Of a stretch of 55,848 nt of DNA, positions 44,816 through 54,223 are shown piece by piece (the stretch's first letter is position 1; each line of letters begins with the position of its first letter). The stretch is from a virus. Taxonomy: Duplodnaviria; Caudoviricetes. The stretch is taken from positions 1-55,848 of IMG/VR virus record IMGVR_UViG_3300025102_000033; one strand, 5' to 3'. The notes under the pieces were generated by a model. It was not told the DNA's origin, did not search any database, and saw only the letters and a program-made list of their open reading frames with translations. Position numbers and translations under genes: made by a program.

Positions 44816-45045
44816 TGGATTTTGATGACCAGTTAGAACTTGAACATCTTCTTTTCTACGAAAGAAAATGTAGAGTCTGTGGTCTAAAGAAAGATTTGAT
44901 GGATGGATTTTATTTAACAAGAAAAGGTAGAGGAACTTTACCATCAGCATATTCTTATGAATGTAAAGAGTGTACTAAAAATAGAATATTGAAAACAAGA
45001 AAAAATAAAAGACCAAAGAGTGTTTGGGAATATCCAGATTGGTAA
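44815..45045 (+). CDS. Small CxxC...CxxC zinc-finger protein
   Basis: RKCRVCG...FY...YSYECKEC; ATG overlaps the g17 stop (TAATG). Confidence 0.7.
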   Translation: MDFDDQLELEHLLFYERKCRVCGLKKDLMDGFYLTRKGRGTLPSAYSYECKECTKNRILKTRKNKRPKSVWEYPDW

Positions 45046-45083
45046 TGTTCATGCATTGTTTCCCCAATGAAAATACCCTTTTT

Positions 45084-45091
45084 AATAAATA
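45084..45091 (+). promoter_or_regulatory. Late promoter variant
   Basis: AATAAATA upstream of g18, with GAGAGG RBS. Confidence 0.6.
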
Positions 45092-45128
45092 TTTCTAGAA
45101 TAAACTTGGACTGAGAGAGGAACTTAAG

Positions 45129-47309
45129 ATGCCGCTAAATTTAGCATCTCCCGGTATTGTCGTAAGAGAAGTAGACCTTACTCAAGGAAGAATTGACGCT
45201 TCATCTAATAAGACAGGCGGAATTGTTGGTGCTTTCGCACAAGGACCAGTAGAACTGCCGACTCTTGTTGGAAACGAAAATGATCTGCTGTTAAACTTTG
45301 GTCAACCCTATGGTTCTGATAAGCAATATGAAACCTGGATGGTTGCCTCATCATTCCTGGCTTATGGTGGATCATTAAGAGTAGTAAGGGCAGATGACGA
45401 CGATCTGAAGAATGCCGTAGATAGTAACAATAGTTCTACTAGCATTAAAATTAAAAGTACAGAGCACTATGAAGAATTAGGATATGACGAAAATGTTGTT
45501 CCTAATGTAATTGTAACTAGTAAGAATCCTGGTTCTTGGGCAAATGGAATCAGAGTTGGTATTCTTGATTGCAAGGCAGATCAAATTTTAGAACTTGCAT
45601 CAAGCGGAATCGCAACAGTAGGATTGGGTGTAACTCAAGTCATCAGTAGTGTTCTTCCTGGCGTTGGTGCAGGAACAACTCTTGACGGAGTTCTGAAAGG
45701 AATCATCACTGAAGTTGAAGGAGCACAAACATCTATTAAGGTTGTCTCTCATGTTTCTGCTGCAGGAACAGAGACTGCTGTTGATTATCAACAAAATGGA
45801 GTTTACAGATTTACTGCAGACTCCAATCTTACAGTTGTCAATAACTCTGGAGTTGCTGCAGCACACACAAGTGTAAATGCAGTGGCAGACTGGTTCGATC
45901 AACAAACTCTTGCAACTTCAACAAGTGCCGTTGGTGTTGGAACTAGTGTTGCAACAATTAAGTGGAACGTCCTTGCTGATAGACCAGGAACTTCTGATTT
46001 TGCTTCTGCAAGAGGAGCAAGATTCGACGAACTTCACATTGTAGTTCTTGATGGTGATGGAAAGATCACCGGAAATGCTGGAACAGTTCTTGAGAAGCAT
46101 TTATCCCTCTCTAAAGCGAAAGACGCAGAATTTTCTGCAGGTTCTCCATCTTACTGGAGAAAGTATCTCAAAAACAATTCTGGTTACATTTTTGGTGGTG
46201 GTGCTCCAACTGGATTAACAACTACTGGATTCAGTGCAGCATTTACCGAACAAGGAGATACTGGTTGGGACCAGAATGCTAAAGGAATTATCTTTGGTGC
46301 ATCTGGAAAGCAAGATTTAAGTTTAGTAAGTGGTAAAGATTATAACGGATCTGCTGGAATTGGCACAGTTGATAGTCTCAAAGCAACTGTTACTAAAATT
46401 TCAACCGGATATCAGTTGTTCCAAAATAATGATGCTTTTGCGGTTGATTTCCTATTAATGGGATCAGGTAATCATACTAAAACCGAAGCACAAAATCTTG
46501 CTCAACAAGTCATTGCAGTTGCTGATACTAGAAAGGATGCAATCGCATTTATTTCTCCTTACAGAGGCGCATTCCTTAGCGACTCTGCCGCAGGTTCAGT
46601 AACCGTTAATAGTGATGCGGACATCACCGACAATCTCTTAAGTTACTATTCACCATTAACGTCATCGTCTTTCGCAGTATTTGATAGTGGATACAAATAC
46701 ATGTATGACAGATTTGCCGATACGTTCCGATATGTTCCTTTGAATGGTGATGTTGCAGGAACATGCGTTAGAACAGACATTAACGGATTCCCATGGTTCT
46801 CACCAGCAGGAACTTCAAGAGGAGCAATCCTGAATGCGGTTAAACTAACATACAATCCATCTAAAGCACAAAGAGATGTTCTGTATTCCAACAGAATTAA
46901 TCCAGTTATTTTCCAAGCTGGTTCTGGAATTGTTCTCTTTGGTGATAAAACAGCACTTGCTAAAGCCTCTGCATTCGACAGAATTAACGTTCGTCGTCTG
47001 TTTATCTTCATTGAGAATGCTATTGAAGCAGCAGCAAGAGATCAACTCTTCGAATTCAACGATGAAATCACGAGAACTAATTTCGTAAATATTGTTGAAC
47101 CATTCCTCCGCGATGTTCAATCCAAGAGAGGAATTACTGATTATGTCGTTGTTTGTGATGAGACTAATAACACTGCTTCTATTATAGATAATAATGAGTT
47201 TGTTGCTGACATCTATGTCAAACCAGCACGTTCTATCAACTTCATCGGTCTAACCTTTGTTGCAACCAGAACAGGTGTTGCATTTGAAGAAATTATTGGT
47301 TCTGTTTAA
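45129..47309 (+). CDS. g18: Tail sheath protein gp18
   Basis: LASPGIVVREVDLT, PWFSPAG..RG, FDRINVRRLF, KPARSINFI. Confidence 0.97.
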   Translation: MPLNLASPGIVVREVDLTQGRIDASSNKTGGIVGAFAQGPVELPTLVGNENDLLLNFGQPYGSDKQYETWMVASSFLAYGGSLRVVRADDDDLKNAVDSNNSSTSIKIKSTEHYEELGYDENVVPNVIVTSKNPGSWANGIRVGILDCKADQILELASSGIATVGLGVTQVISSVLPGVGAGTTLDGVLKGIITEVEGAQTSIKVVSHVSAAGTETAVDYQQNGVYRFTADSNLTVVNNSGVAAAHTSVNAVADWFDQQTLATSTSAVGVGTSVATIKWNVLADRPGTSDFASARGARFDELHIVVLDGDGKITGNAGTVLEKHLSLSKAKDAEFSAGSPSYWRKYLKNNSGYIFGGGAPTGLTTTGFSAAFTEQGDTGWDQNAKGIIFGASGKQDLSLVSGKDYNGSAGIGTVDSLKATVTKISTGYQLFQNNDAFAVDFLLMGSGNHTKTEAQNLAQQVIAVADTRKDAIAFISPYRGAFLSDSAAGSVTVNSDADITDNLLSYYSPLTSSSFAVFDSGYKYMYDRFADTFRYVPLNGDVAGTCVRTDINGFPWFSPAGTSRGAILNAVKLTYNPSKAQRDVLYSNRINPVIFQAGSGIVLFGDKTALAKASAFDRINVRRLFIFIENAIEAAARDQLFEFNDEITRTNFVNIVEPFLRDVQSKRGITDYVVVCDETNNTASIIDNNEFVADIYVKPARSINFIGLTFVATRTGVAFEEIIGSV

Positions 47310-47342
47310 TTCTACTTAATAAAAAACGAGGTTTAAAGAAAA

Positions 47343-47936
47343 ATGCCTAGTCGCCAACAACAAAATACCACGCCGCTAAGAACAATTAGTGATTTTAAAA
47401 GTAGATTATCCGGTGGTGGTGCAAGACCCAATCTATTCGAAGTTGAATTAGCATTCCCTGATGCTGTTGCAATTGAAAATGATGTTTTACAGAAAGCAAG
47501 ATTTCTTGTAAAAGCAGCTGCTCTTCCAGCATCCACTATTGCTCCAATTGACGTTCCGTTCAGAGGTCGTATTTTAAAAATCGCCGGAGACAGAACATTT
47601 GAAACTTGGACTATCACAGTCATCAATGACACTGATTTCGTTCTCCGTTCTGCTTTTGAAAAATGGATGAACACCATCAACAAAATGTCTGATGGAACTG
47701 GTGTCGTAGATCCTGAAGCATATCAGAAAGATGCTACGGTCAAGCAACTTGATCGTGATGGATCTGTTCTCAGATCTTATAAGTTCTGGGATATTTTCCC
47801 AACTAATATTTCTACGATTGATGTAAGTTATGAAACGACTGACACTATTGAAGAATTCACAGTAGAAATGCAAGTTCAGTGGTGGGAAGCATACAGAGGA
47901 ACTTCTCAAGCAGCTGGTGGTGAAGATATCAGGTAA
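47343..47936 (+). CDS. g19: Tail tube protein gp19
   Basis: GGARPNLFEV, FRGRILKIAGDRTF..WT.T, QLDR.G. Confidence 0.97.
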   Translation: MPSRQQQNTTPLRTISDFKSRLSGGGARPNLFEVELAFPDAVAIENDVLQKARFLVKAAALPASTIAPIDVPFRGRILKIAGDRTFETWTITVINDTDFVLRSAFEKWMNTINKMSDGTGVVDPEAYQKDATVKQLDRDGSVLRSYKFWDIFPTNISTIDVSYETTDTIEEFTVEMQVQWWEAYRGTSQAAGGEDIR

Positions 47937-47945
47937 AGATATCGG

Positions 47946-47952
47946 CTAAATA
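47946..47952 (+). promoter_or_regulatory. Late promoter variant
   Basis: CTAAATA upstream of g20. Confidence 0.55.
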
Positions 47953-47979
47953 GTCAAAACAGAGTAAAATTACTATAAT

Positions 47980-49662
47980 ATGGCCAGACTTTTTGGATTT
48001 TCTATTGGGGACAAAGAAAAAAAATCTGCTTCCATAGTTTCCCCCGTTCCTCCCAATAATGAGGACGGGGTTGATAACTTTGTCGCAAGCAGTTTTTATG
48101 GTTCCTACGTAGATATTGAAGGTGCTTACAGAAACGAATCTGAGTTAATAAAAAGGTATCGAGAAATGGCACTACATCCGGAAGCGGATGGTGCCATTGA
48201 AGATGTAATTAATGAAGCGATCGTGAGCGATTTGTATGACTCACCGATTGAAATTGAACTTACAAATTTAAATGCCAGTGACAAATTAAAAAAGGCAATC
48301 AGAGAAGAATTTAAAACAATTAAGGAAATAATGGACTTTGATACAAAGTCCCATGAAATTTTTAGGAATTGGTATGTTGACGGAAGACTCTATTACTTAA
48401 AGGTAATTGATATCAAGAAACCAGAAGAAGGGATCAAAGATTTAAGATATATTGATCCAATGAAAATGAAGTATGTTCGTCAGGAGAAAAAACCCGATAA
48501 AAATTCTGCCGTAACTTTGAGATCAAATAGAGATGAAGATGCATCTAGAGCACTTTCACCCGAAATTGAAGAATATTTTGTTTATACACCAAAACCGAAT
48601 TATCCATCAAATGCTTTAACCGGAGGTGGTGGTGCTAAAGGAGTCAAAATAGCAAAAGATTCGGTTACTTATGTTACTTCAGGATTAGTTGATCGCAATA
48701 AAGGAACTGTACTTTCTTATCTTCATAAAGCAATTAAGGCACTCAATCAACTTAGAATGATTGAGGATTCTCTGGTCATCTACAGATTATCCAGAGCACC
48801 AGAACGTCGTATTTTTTATATTGATGTTGGCAATCTTCCAAAAGTAAAAGCAGAACAATACCTCAAAGAGGTCATGTCTCGCTACAGAAATAAACTGGTT
48901 TATAATGCAAACACGGGTGAGATCCGTGACGACAAAAAATTTATGTCCATGATGGAGGATTTTTGGTTGCCTCGTAGAGAAGGTGGTCGCGGAACTGAGA
49001 TCACCACCCTACCTGGTGGGCAGAATTTGGGAGAACTCTCAGATATTGAATACTTCCAGAAGAAACTCTATAGAGCACTTGGTGTTCCCGAATCCAGAAT
49101 TGCTGCTGATGGTGGATTTAACCTTGGTCGTTCTTCTGAAATTTTACGTGATGAACTTAAGTTCTCCAAGTTTGTTGGTCGTCTAAGGAAGCGTTTTGCG
49201 AACATGTTTAATGACATGTTGAAGACTCAACTTATACTTAAAAATATCATCACTCCAGAAGACTGGGAAGAAATTAGAGATCATATTCAATATGATTTTC
49301 TTTATGACAACCAATTTGCAGAGTTAAAAGAAACTGAGATGATGAATGAGCGTCTAGGAACGCTCGCAACTATTGAACCTTACATCGGAAAATTTTATTC
49401 AAATGAATATGTTCGTAAAAAAATTCTTCGCCAAACTGATGCAGAAATTATTGAAATTGATGAGCAAATTGAACAGGAAATTAAGGATGGAATTATTCCT
49501 GATCCAAATGCGGTTGACCCCATCACGGGAGAACCTCTGCCCGCAGAAGGTGAGGATATGGGACTGATGGGTAATGTTCCTGTTGATGAAGATCCAGATG
49601 ATGCTGCAGGCAAATTAACTGATGCAGAAATGCAAAAGGATACTAAAAAGGCCGAGATATAA
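47980..49662 (+). CDS. g20: Portal protein gp20
   Basis: WYVDGR, YRLSRAPERRIFYIDVGNLP, EDFWLPRREGGRGTEITTLPGG. Confidence 0.98.
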   Translation: MARLFGFSIGDKEKKSASIVSPVPPNNEDGVDNFVASSFYGSYVDIEGAYRNESELIKRYREMALHPEADGAIEDVINEAIVSDLYDSPIEIELTNLNASDKLKKAIREEFKTIKEIMDFDTKSHEIFRNWYVDGRLYYLKVIDIKKPEEGIKDLRYIDPMKMKYVRQEKKPDKNSAVTLRSNRDEDASRALSPEIEEYFVYTPKPNYPSNALTGGGGAKGVKIAKDSVTYVTSGLVDRNKGTVLSYLHKAIKALNQLRMIEDSLVIYRLSRAPERRIFYIDVGNLPKVKAEQYLKEVMSRYRNKLVYNANTGEIRDDKKFMSMMEDFWLPRREGGRGTEITTLPGGQNLGELSDIEYFQKKLYRALGVPESRIAADGGFNLGRSSEILRDELKFSKFVGRLRKRFANMFNDMLKTQLILKNIITPEDWEEIRDHIQYDFLYDNQFAELKETEMMNERLGTLATIEPYIGKFYSNEYVRKKILRQTDAEIIEIDEQIEQEIKDGIIPDPNAVDPITGEPLPAEGEDMGLMGNVPVDEDPDDAAGKLTDAEMQKDTKKAEI

Positions 49663-49665
49663 ATA
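49658..49665 (+). promoter_or_regulatory. T4-type late promoter
   Basis: TATAAATA overlapping the g20 stop. Confidence 0.75.
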
Positions 49666-49691
49666 AATGAATAGGACTTATATTAATTTTT

Positions 49692-49874
49692 ATGGAAGAA
49701 CTTGTAGATTTGATTGCTGTTGATTCGTCAGCAGCAGAAGTTAGTGACAAAATTAAAGACATTTTGTTTGCAAAGGCAACTGAAAGGATTGATAGTTTCA
49801 AACCAGAAGTTGCAACTTCTATGTTCAGTGAAGTAGAACCTGAAGACCAATCATCACCTGAGGATCAAGAATAA
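49692..49874 (+). CDS. Small acidic prohead-core-like protein (gp67 position)
   Basis: 60 aa acidic ORF directly after g20. Confidence 0.7.
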   Translation: MEELVDLIAVDSSAAEVSDKIKDILFAKATERIDSFKPEVATSMFSEVEPEDQSSPEDQE

Positions 49875-50449
49875 TGGCACATAAACCGGTAGGAAGTGGA
49901 GTATCTTTTGCTGTTGCCACGGCATCGGCATCGTCAGGTATTATGACTCATTTTACCGATACTGTTAGAGTACATGCACTTGGTGGAGATGCACATGTAG
50001 CGGTTGGAATTGATCCCACTGCTGCAAATGCTAATTACTACATTTCATCTGGTGGAACAGAAACACTGAGTATCGGTAGACCAAAGTCACAAAAAGTTGT
50101 TGGTGTTACAACAGGAACAACTACCACGATTGATTTCCCTGCAGGAAGCGGAAGTCCATTTGAAGTCGGAGATAAGGTTCAACTGACTGGAATTGTTCCT
50201 GCTGGTGCCAATGGCGGAACTTCGGGAATAGGACTGACAGTTCTTTCAGTTCTTAATGGATCTTTTAGTCATAATTCTAACGGAGATCCCGGATTTTTCA
50301 GCACAAGACTTACTCTTGCTCACAATACAACAAGTGTGGGACCAATCACTGATGGTGAAGGTGAATTGAGAGATGTTTTCCAAGTGGCGGCAAAAGGAAC
50401 TGCTTCAGCATTGTATGTCCAACAAGTTCAAATTACTGGGGTAGCATGA
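49874..50449 (+). CDS. Hypothetical virion-associated protein
   Basis: 191 aa Gly/Thr-rich beta protein coupled to neighbours between g20 and g21. Confidence 0.75.
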   Translation: MAHKPVGSGVSFAVATASASSGIMTHFTDTVRVHALGGDAHVAVGIDPTAANANYYISSGGTETLSIGRPKSQKVVGVTTGTTTTIDFPAGSGSPFEVGDKVQLTGIVPAGANGGTSGIGLTVLSVLNGSFSHNSNGDPGFFSTRLTLAHNTTSVGPITDGEGELRDVFQVAAKGTASALYVQQVQITGVA

Positions 50450-51099
50450 TGAAATTAATCACGGAAGAAATTTCTAGTGTAAAATTTGTCACTGAAGGCA
50501 AAGGATCCAATAAAAAAATGTATATTGAGGGAACCTTCCTTCAAGGTGAGATCAAGAATCGCAATGGAAGAATGTATCCTGTTTCAACTCTTGCAAAAGA
50601 AGTTGGAAGATATAACGAATCATTCGTCAATAAAGGACGTGCTCTTGGTGAACTTGGACATCCTGATGGTCCCACTGTAAATCTTGATCGTGTTTCCCAT
50701 AAAATTGTTTCTCTTACTCAAGAAGGAAACAATTTTAGAGGTAAGGCACAACTTCTTGATACGCCAATGGGTAAGATTGCAAAGTCACTTCTTGATGAAG
50801 GTGTGATGCTTGGAGTTTCTTCTCGTGGAATTGGTTCCATTAAAGAAGATAATAATGGTGTAAAAGTTGTAGGTGAAGATTTCATGCTAGCAACTGCTGC
50901 TGACATCGTTGCTGATCCCTCTGCCCCTGATGCTTTTGTCTCGGGAATTATGGAAGGAAAAGAATGGGTGTGGGAAGGTGGAATTCTTCGTGAGCAACTC
51001 GCAGAAAACACTAAAAAAAGAATCAACACCCTAGTTGATCAAAAAACTCTTGAGGAGCATAAACTCCAGTTATGGAACAATTTCCTCTCAAATCTTTAA
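50446..51099 (+). CDS. g21: Prohead protease gp21
   Basis: MKLITE, NRNGRMYP, ALGELGHP, GVSSRG.GS, DIVADPSAPDA. Confidence 0.97.
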   Translation: MMKLITEEISSVKFVTEGKGSNKKMYIEGTFLQGEIKNRNGRMYPVSTLAKEVGRYNESFVNKGRALGELGHPDGPTVNLDRVSHKIVSLTQEGNNFRGKAQLLDTPMGKIAKSLLDEGVMLGVSSRGIGSIKEDNNGVKVVGEDFMLATAADIVADPSAPDAFVSGIMEGKEWVWEGGILREQLAENTKKRINTLVDQKTLEEHKLQLWNNFLSNL

Positions 51100-51101
51100 A
51101 T

Positions 51102-51109
51102 TATAAATA
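51102..51109 (+). promoter_or_regulatory. T4-type late promoter
   Basis: TATAAATA upstream of g22. Confidence 0.8.
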
Positions 51110-51128
51110 AATATAGATTAATACAATC

Positions 51129-52277
51129 ATGTCTAATCAAATGTCCGTTGGTAGCAATTTACAAGAAATGGAAAACGTAGTAACTAAAAACGCTGCGCCT
51201 GGAGAACCAATGCAGAAGTTAACCACAGGTGGTACTCCTGCTACTTATGAGGATCTCGGCGGGCCCACCCCAGAAAACTCCAGACCAGATGACGATTCTA
51301 ACAAACTCGCCACTCCTGGTGCATCTCTCAAACAAGTTAGAGATGTTGTAAATAAAGGAGCTAAACCTGCGGATGCCATGAAAGGCATGAAGGAAGAGGA
51401 AGAATCTGAGATCGATGGCGATCAAGAGATTGTTTCTGAAGAAGAAGCAACTGAAGAAGAAGTAGTTTCTGAAGAGGAAACCGCTGAAGAAGAAGTTGTT
51501 GCTGAAACCACTGAAGAATCAGGAGAAGAGGTTGTTGAGGAAGAAGTGATTGATGTCGAAGAAGACATCAATGCCCTTATTTCCGGCGAAGAGCTCTCCG
51601 AAGAATTCCAAGAAAAGGCACGCACAATTTTTGAAGCAGCAATTAGAACTAAGATTGCTGAAATTAAAGAAGAGATGAAGTCTGAATACGAACAGGCTCT
51701 CGTCGAAGAAGTTGCTGCTGTTAAGGCAGAACTTTCTGAGCGCACTGACGCTTACCTTGAGTATGTTGCTGACGAGTGGATGTCTGAAAATCAACTCGCA
51801 GTTGAGCACGGTCTTAAGACCGAAATGACCGAATCATTCCTTTCTGGAATGAGAGGACTTTTTGAAGATCATTATGTAACTATCCCTGAAGAAAAATATG
51901 ATGTAATTCATAGTATGGTAGAAAAACTTGATGAAATGGAAGATAAACTCAATGAGCAAATCAACAAGAACGTTGCTTTAAATAAAAGATTATCAGAATC
52001 GGTTGCCGATGTAATCCTTGCGGATGTGTCAGAGGGTCTTGCTCTCTCCCAAAAGGAAAAACTCGCTTCTCTTGCTGAAAATGTTGAGTTTGAAAGTGAA
52101 TCTAACTATCGTGAAAAACTGGAAACACTGAGAGATTCTTATTTCTCCAATAACTCCAGCGCACAAAGAAACCATTCAGAATCTATTTCTGAAGGTGCAG
52201 AAGGCGGAAGTCAACCAGAAGTATCTGGTTTGATGGAGTCATATCTTCAGACTCTGAATAGAGTTTCGAAAAAGTGA
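51129..52277 (+). CDS. g22: Prohead scaffold gp22 (start may be 51141 or 51168)
   Basis: Very acidic; LSEEFQEKARTIFEAA, YLEYVADEW, LFEDHY. Confidence 0.95.
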   Translation: MSNQMSVGSNLQEMENVVTKNAAPGEPMQKLTTGGTPATYEDLGGPTPENSRPDDDSNKLATPGASLKQVRDVVNKGAKPADAMKGMKEEEESEIDGDQEIVSEEEATEEEVVSEEETAEEEVVAETTEESGEEVVEEEVIDVEEDINALISGEELSEEFQEKARTIFEAAIRTKIAEIKEEMKSEYEQALVEEVAAVKAELSERTDAYLEYVADEWMSENQLAVEHGLKTEMTESFLSGMRGLFEDHYVTIPEEKYDVIHSMVEKLDEMEDKLNEQINKNVALNKRLSESVADVILADVSEGLALSQKEKLASLAENVEFESESNYREKLETLRDSYFSNNSSAQRNHSESISEGAEGGSQPEVSGLMESYLQTLNRVSKK

Positions 52278-52332
52278 GTTTTTAAATTATTAACAACAAA
52301 CAAAACAAGAAAATTTAAGAGGTAAAATTCAA

Positions 52333-53700
52333 ATGCAAATGTTCAATTCCGAACAACTGCAGGAGAAGTGGGCACCAATTCTTAACCATGATGGTCTTGG
52401 AGAAATCAAAGATCCTCATAAGAGAATGGTAACCTCCGTTCTTCTGGAGAACCAAGAAAAAATTCTTAGAGAGGAGCAAGAGTTCCTTTCTGAAACGCCA
52501 ACCAACGCCACTTCTGGTGGCACTGGAGCGATCACTAATTTCGATCCCGTTCTGATCTCCCTGATTAGACGTGCAATGCCTAACCTGGTCGCTTATGACC
52601 TCGCAGGCGTTCAACCGATGAATGGTCCTACTGGACTGATCTTCGCAATGCGCTCCCGCTACGCTTCTCAGAGTGGCGAAGAGGCATTCTACAACGAAGC
52701 AGACTCTGCATTCTCTGGTCAAAGTAATGGTTTCGACCGCACTGCCGGAATGGTTCAGGCTGCTGTTGGTTTAGGTACTACCAACCAGCAAGGAACTAAC
52801 CCTGGTGCTCTTGACGGCACTTTCCCTGCCACTGCTGATGCTACCACCTATAACGTAGGTCAGGGCATGAGCACTGCTAATGCAGAAGACCTGGGTGATG
52901 GTGGCGGACAATTCAACGAGATGGCTTTCTCGATTGAGAAAATCACCGTTACTGCCAAGTCACGCGCTCTGAAAGCCGAGTATTCACTCGAACTTGCTCA
53001 GGACCTGAAAGCAATCCATGGTCTGAATGCTGAAGCGGAACTCGCCAACATCCTCTCTACTGAGATTCTGGCAGAGATTAACCGCGAAGTCATCAGAACC
53101 ATCTATAACGTTGCTGTTCCTGGTGCTCAGGCAAATGTTGCAACCGGTGGTACTTTCGACCTCGACGTTGACAGCAATGGTCGTTGGTCTGTTGAGAAGT
53201 TTAAGGGTCTCATCTTCCAGATTGAGAGAGACGCTAACGCCATCGCCCAGCAAACTCGTAGAGGGAAGGGTAATATGATCCTCTGCTCTGCTGATGTTGC
53301 TTCTGCACTCACCATGGCAGGTGTTCTTGATTACACCCCTGCGCTCAACGCCAATCTTCAGGTTGACGATGCTGGCAATACCTTTGCTGGTGTTCTTCAA
53401 GGTAAGTATCGTGTATACATCGATCCTTATGCTGCTAACGTTGCTGCTAATCAGTACTACGTTGTTGGTTACAAGGGTTCTTCGCCTTACGATGCAGGTC
53501 TCTTCTACTGCCCCTACGTTCCTCTTCAGATGGTTCGTGCAGTTGGCGAGAACACCTTCCAGCCCAAAATCGGATTTAAGACTCGCTACGGCATCGTCGC
53601 TAATCCCTTTGCTCGTGGTGCTTCTCTGGACAACCCCGGTGTTATTGCTCGTAACTCTAACCGCTACTATCGTCGCGTTAAAGTCAGCAACCTCATGTGA
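52333..53700 (+). CDS. g23: Major capsid protein gp23
   Basis: KWAPIL, LIRRAMPNL.AYD.AGVQPM.GPTGLIFAMR, TAKSRALKAEY, FQPKIGFKTRYG. Confidence 0.99.
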   Translation: MQMFNSEQLQEKWAPILNHDGLGEIKDPHKRMVTSVLLENQEKILREEQEFLSETPTNATSGGTGAITNFDPVLISLIRRAMPNLVAYDLAGVQPMNGPTGLIFAMRSRYASQSGEEAFYNEADSAFSGQSNGFDRTAGMVQAAVGLGTTNQQGTNPGALDGTFPATADATTYNVGQGMSTANAEDLGDGGGQFNEMAFSIEKITVTAKSRALKAEYSLELAQDLKAIHGLNAEAELANILSTEILAEINREVIRTIYNVAVPGAQANVATGGTFDLDVDSNGRWSVEKFKGLIFQIERDANAIAQQTRRGKGNMILCSADVASALTMAGVLDYTPALNANLQVDDAGNTFAGVLQGKYRVYIDPYAANVAANQYYVVGYKGSSPYDAGLFYCPYVPLQMVRAVGENTFQPKIGFKTRYGIVANPFARGASLDNPGVIARNSNRYYRRVKVSNLM

Positions 53701-53720
53701 TCCATCGGACACATATTTTC

Positions 53721-53746
53721 AAAGGACCCTTCGGGGTCCTTTTTTT
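53721..53746 (+). terminator. Rho-independent terminator after g23
   Basis: AAAGGACCC-TTCG-GGGTCCTTTTTTT (cUUCGg tetraloop plus U-tract). Confidence 0.95.
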
Positions 53747-53748
53747 GT

Positions 53749-53755
53749 CTAAATA
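53749..53755 (+). promoter_or_regulatory. Late promoter variant
   Basis: CTAAATA directly after the terminator. Confidence 0.6.
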
Positions 53756-53775
53756 CAGATAAAAGCATTCCTGAG

Positions 53776-53931
53776 ATGAAATCGACACCTAGAGAGCATA
53801 AAGAAGCACTGGATCGTCATGCTAAACTTATACAACATTTAATTGATGAGGGTTATGCAGAAGATGAAGAATCTGCAAACAGCATAATTATGGGTATGAG
53901 TGAGCAATGGTATTCTTTAATTATTGATTAA
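53776..53931 (+). CDS. Small hypothetical protein (51 aa, ...HLIDEGYAEDEESANSIIMGMSEQW...)
   Basis: Read by hand; after late promoter; coupled to the next ORF by TAATG. Confidence 0.7.
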   Translation: MKSTPREHKEALDRHAKLIQHLIDEGYAEDEESANSIIMGMSEQWYSLIID

Positions 53932-54221
53932 TGAAAAATTTTAATAAATTTATTTCAGAAGCAACTGCAAAAAAGTGCCCTCCGGGGCAATACTACTGCT
54001 ATACTGACAAAAAATGTAAAAAAATTCCCAAAGGATATCGTGTTGGAGTCCGTGGATACTTAGCAAAAGATAATGAAAGTGACAACAATGACGGAGATTC
54101 TAACAAAAATGGGAATGGTGGGAATGGTAATGGAAATGGTGGCAGTGGCAATGGCGGCAACGGTAATGGTGGTGGCGGCAATGGCGGTGGTAACGGCGGC
54201 GGAGGCGGTAATGGAGGATAA
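53931..54221 (+). CDS. Putative internal head protein with capsid-targeting-like N-terminus, Cys motif and Gly/Asn tail
   Basis: MKNFNKFISEA resembles the T4 CTS MKTYQEFIAE; CPPGQYYCYTDKKC; GGNGNG low-complexity tail. Confidence 0.65.
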   Translation: MKNFNKFISEATAKKCPPGQYYCYTDKKCKKIPKGYRVGVRGYLAKDNESDNNDGDSNKNGNGGNGNGNGGSGNGGNGNGGGGNGGGNGGGGGNGG

Positions 54222-54223
54222 TA

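Noticed and set aside
43166-53700. Introns, inteins or homing endonucleases in g17, g20, g23
   Set aside because: ORFs are uninterrupted and of normal length, with no intein or LAGLIDADG/HNH motifs seen
52984-53712. 242-aa minus-strand ORF and similar antisense ORFs within g7, VrlC-like, g18, g22
   Set aside because: Antisense shadows caused by codon bias in highly expressed structural genes
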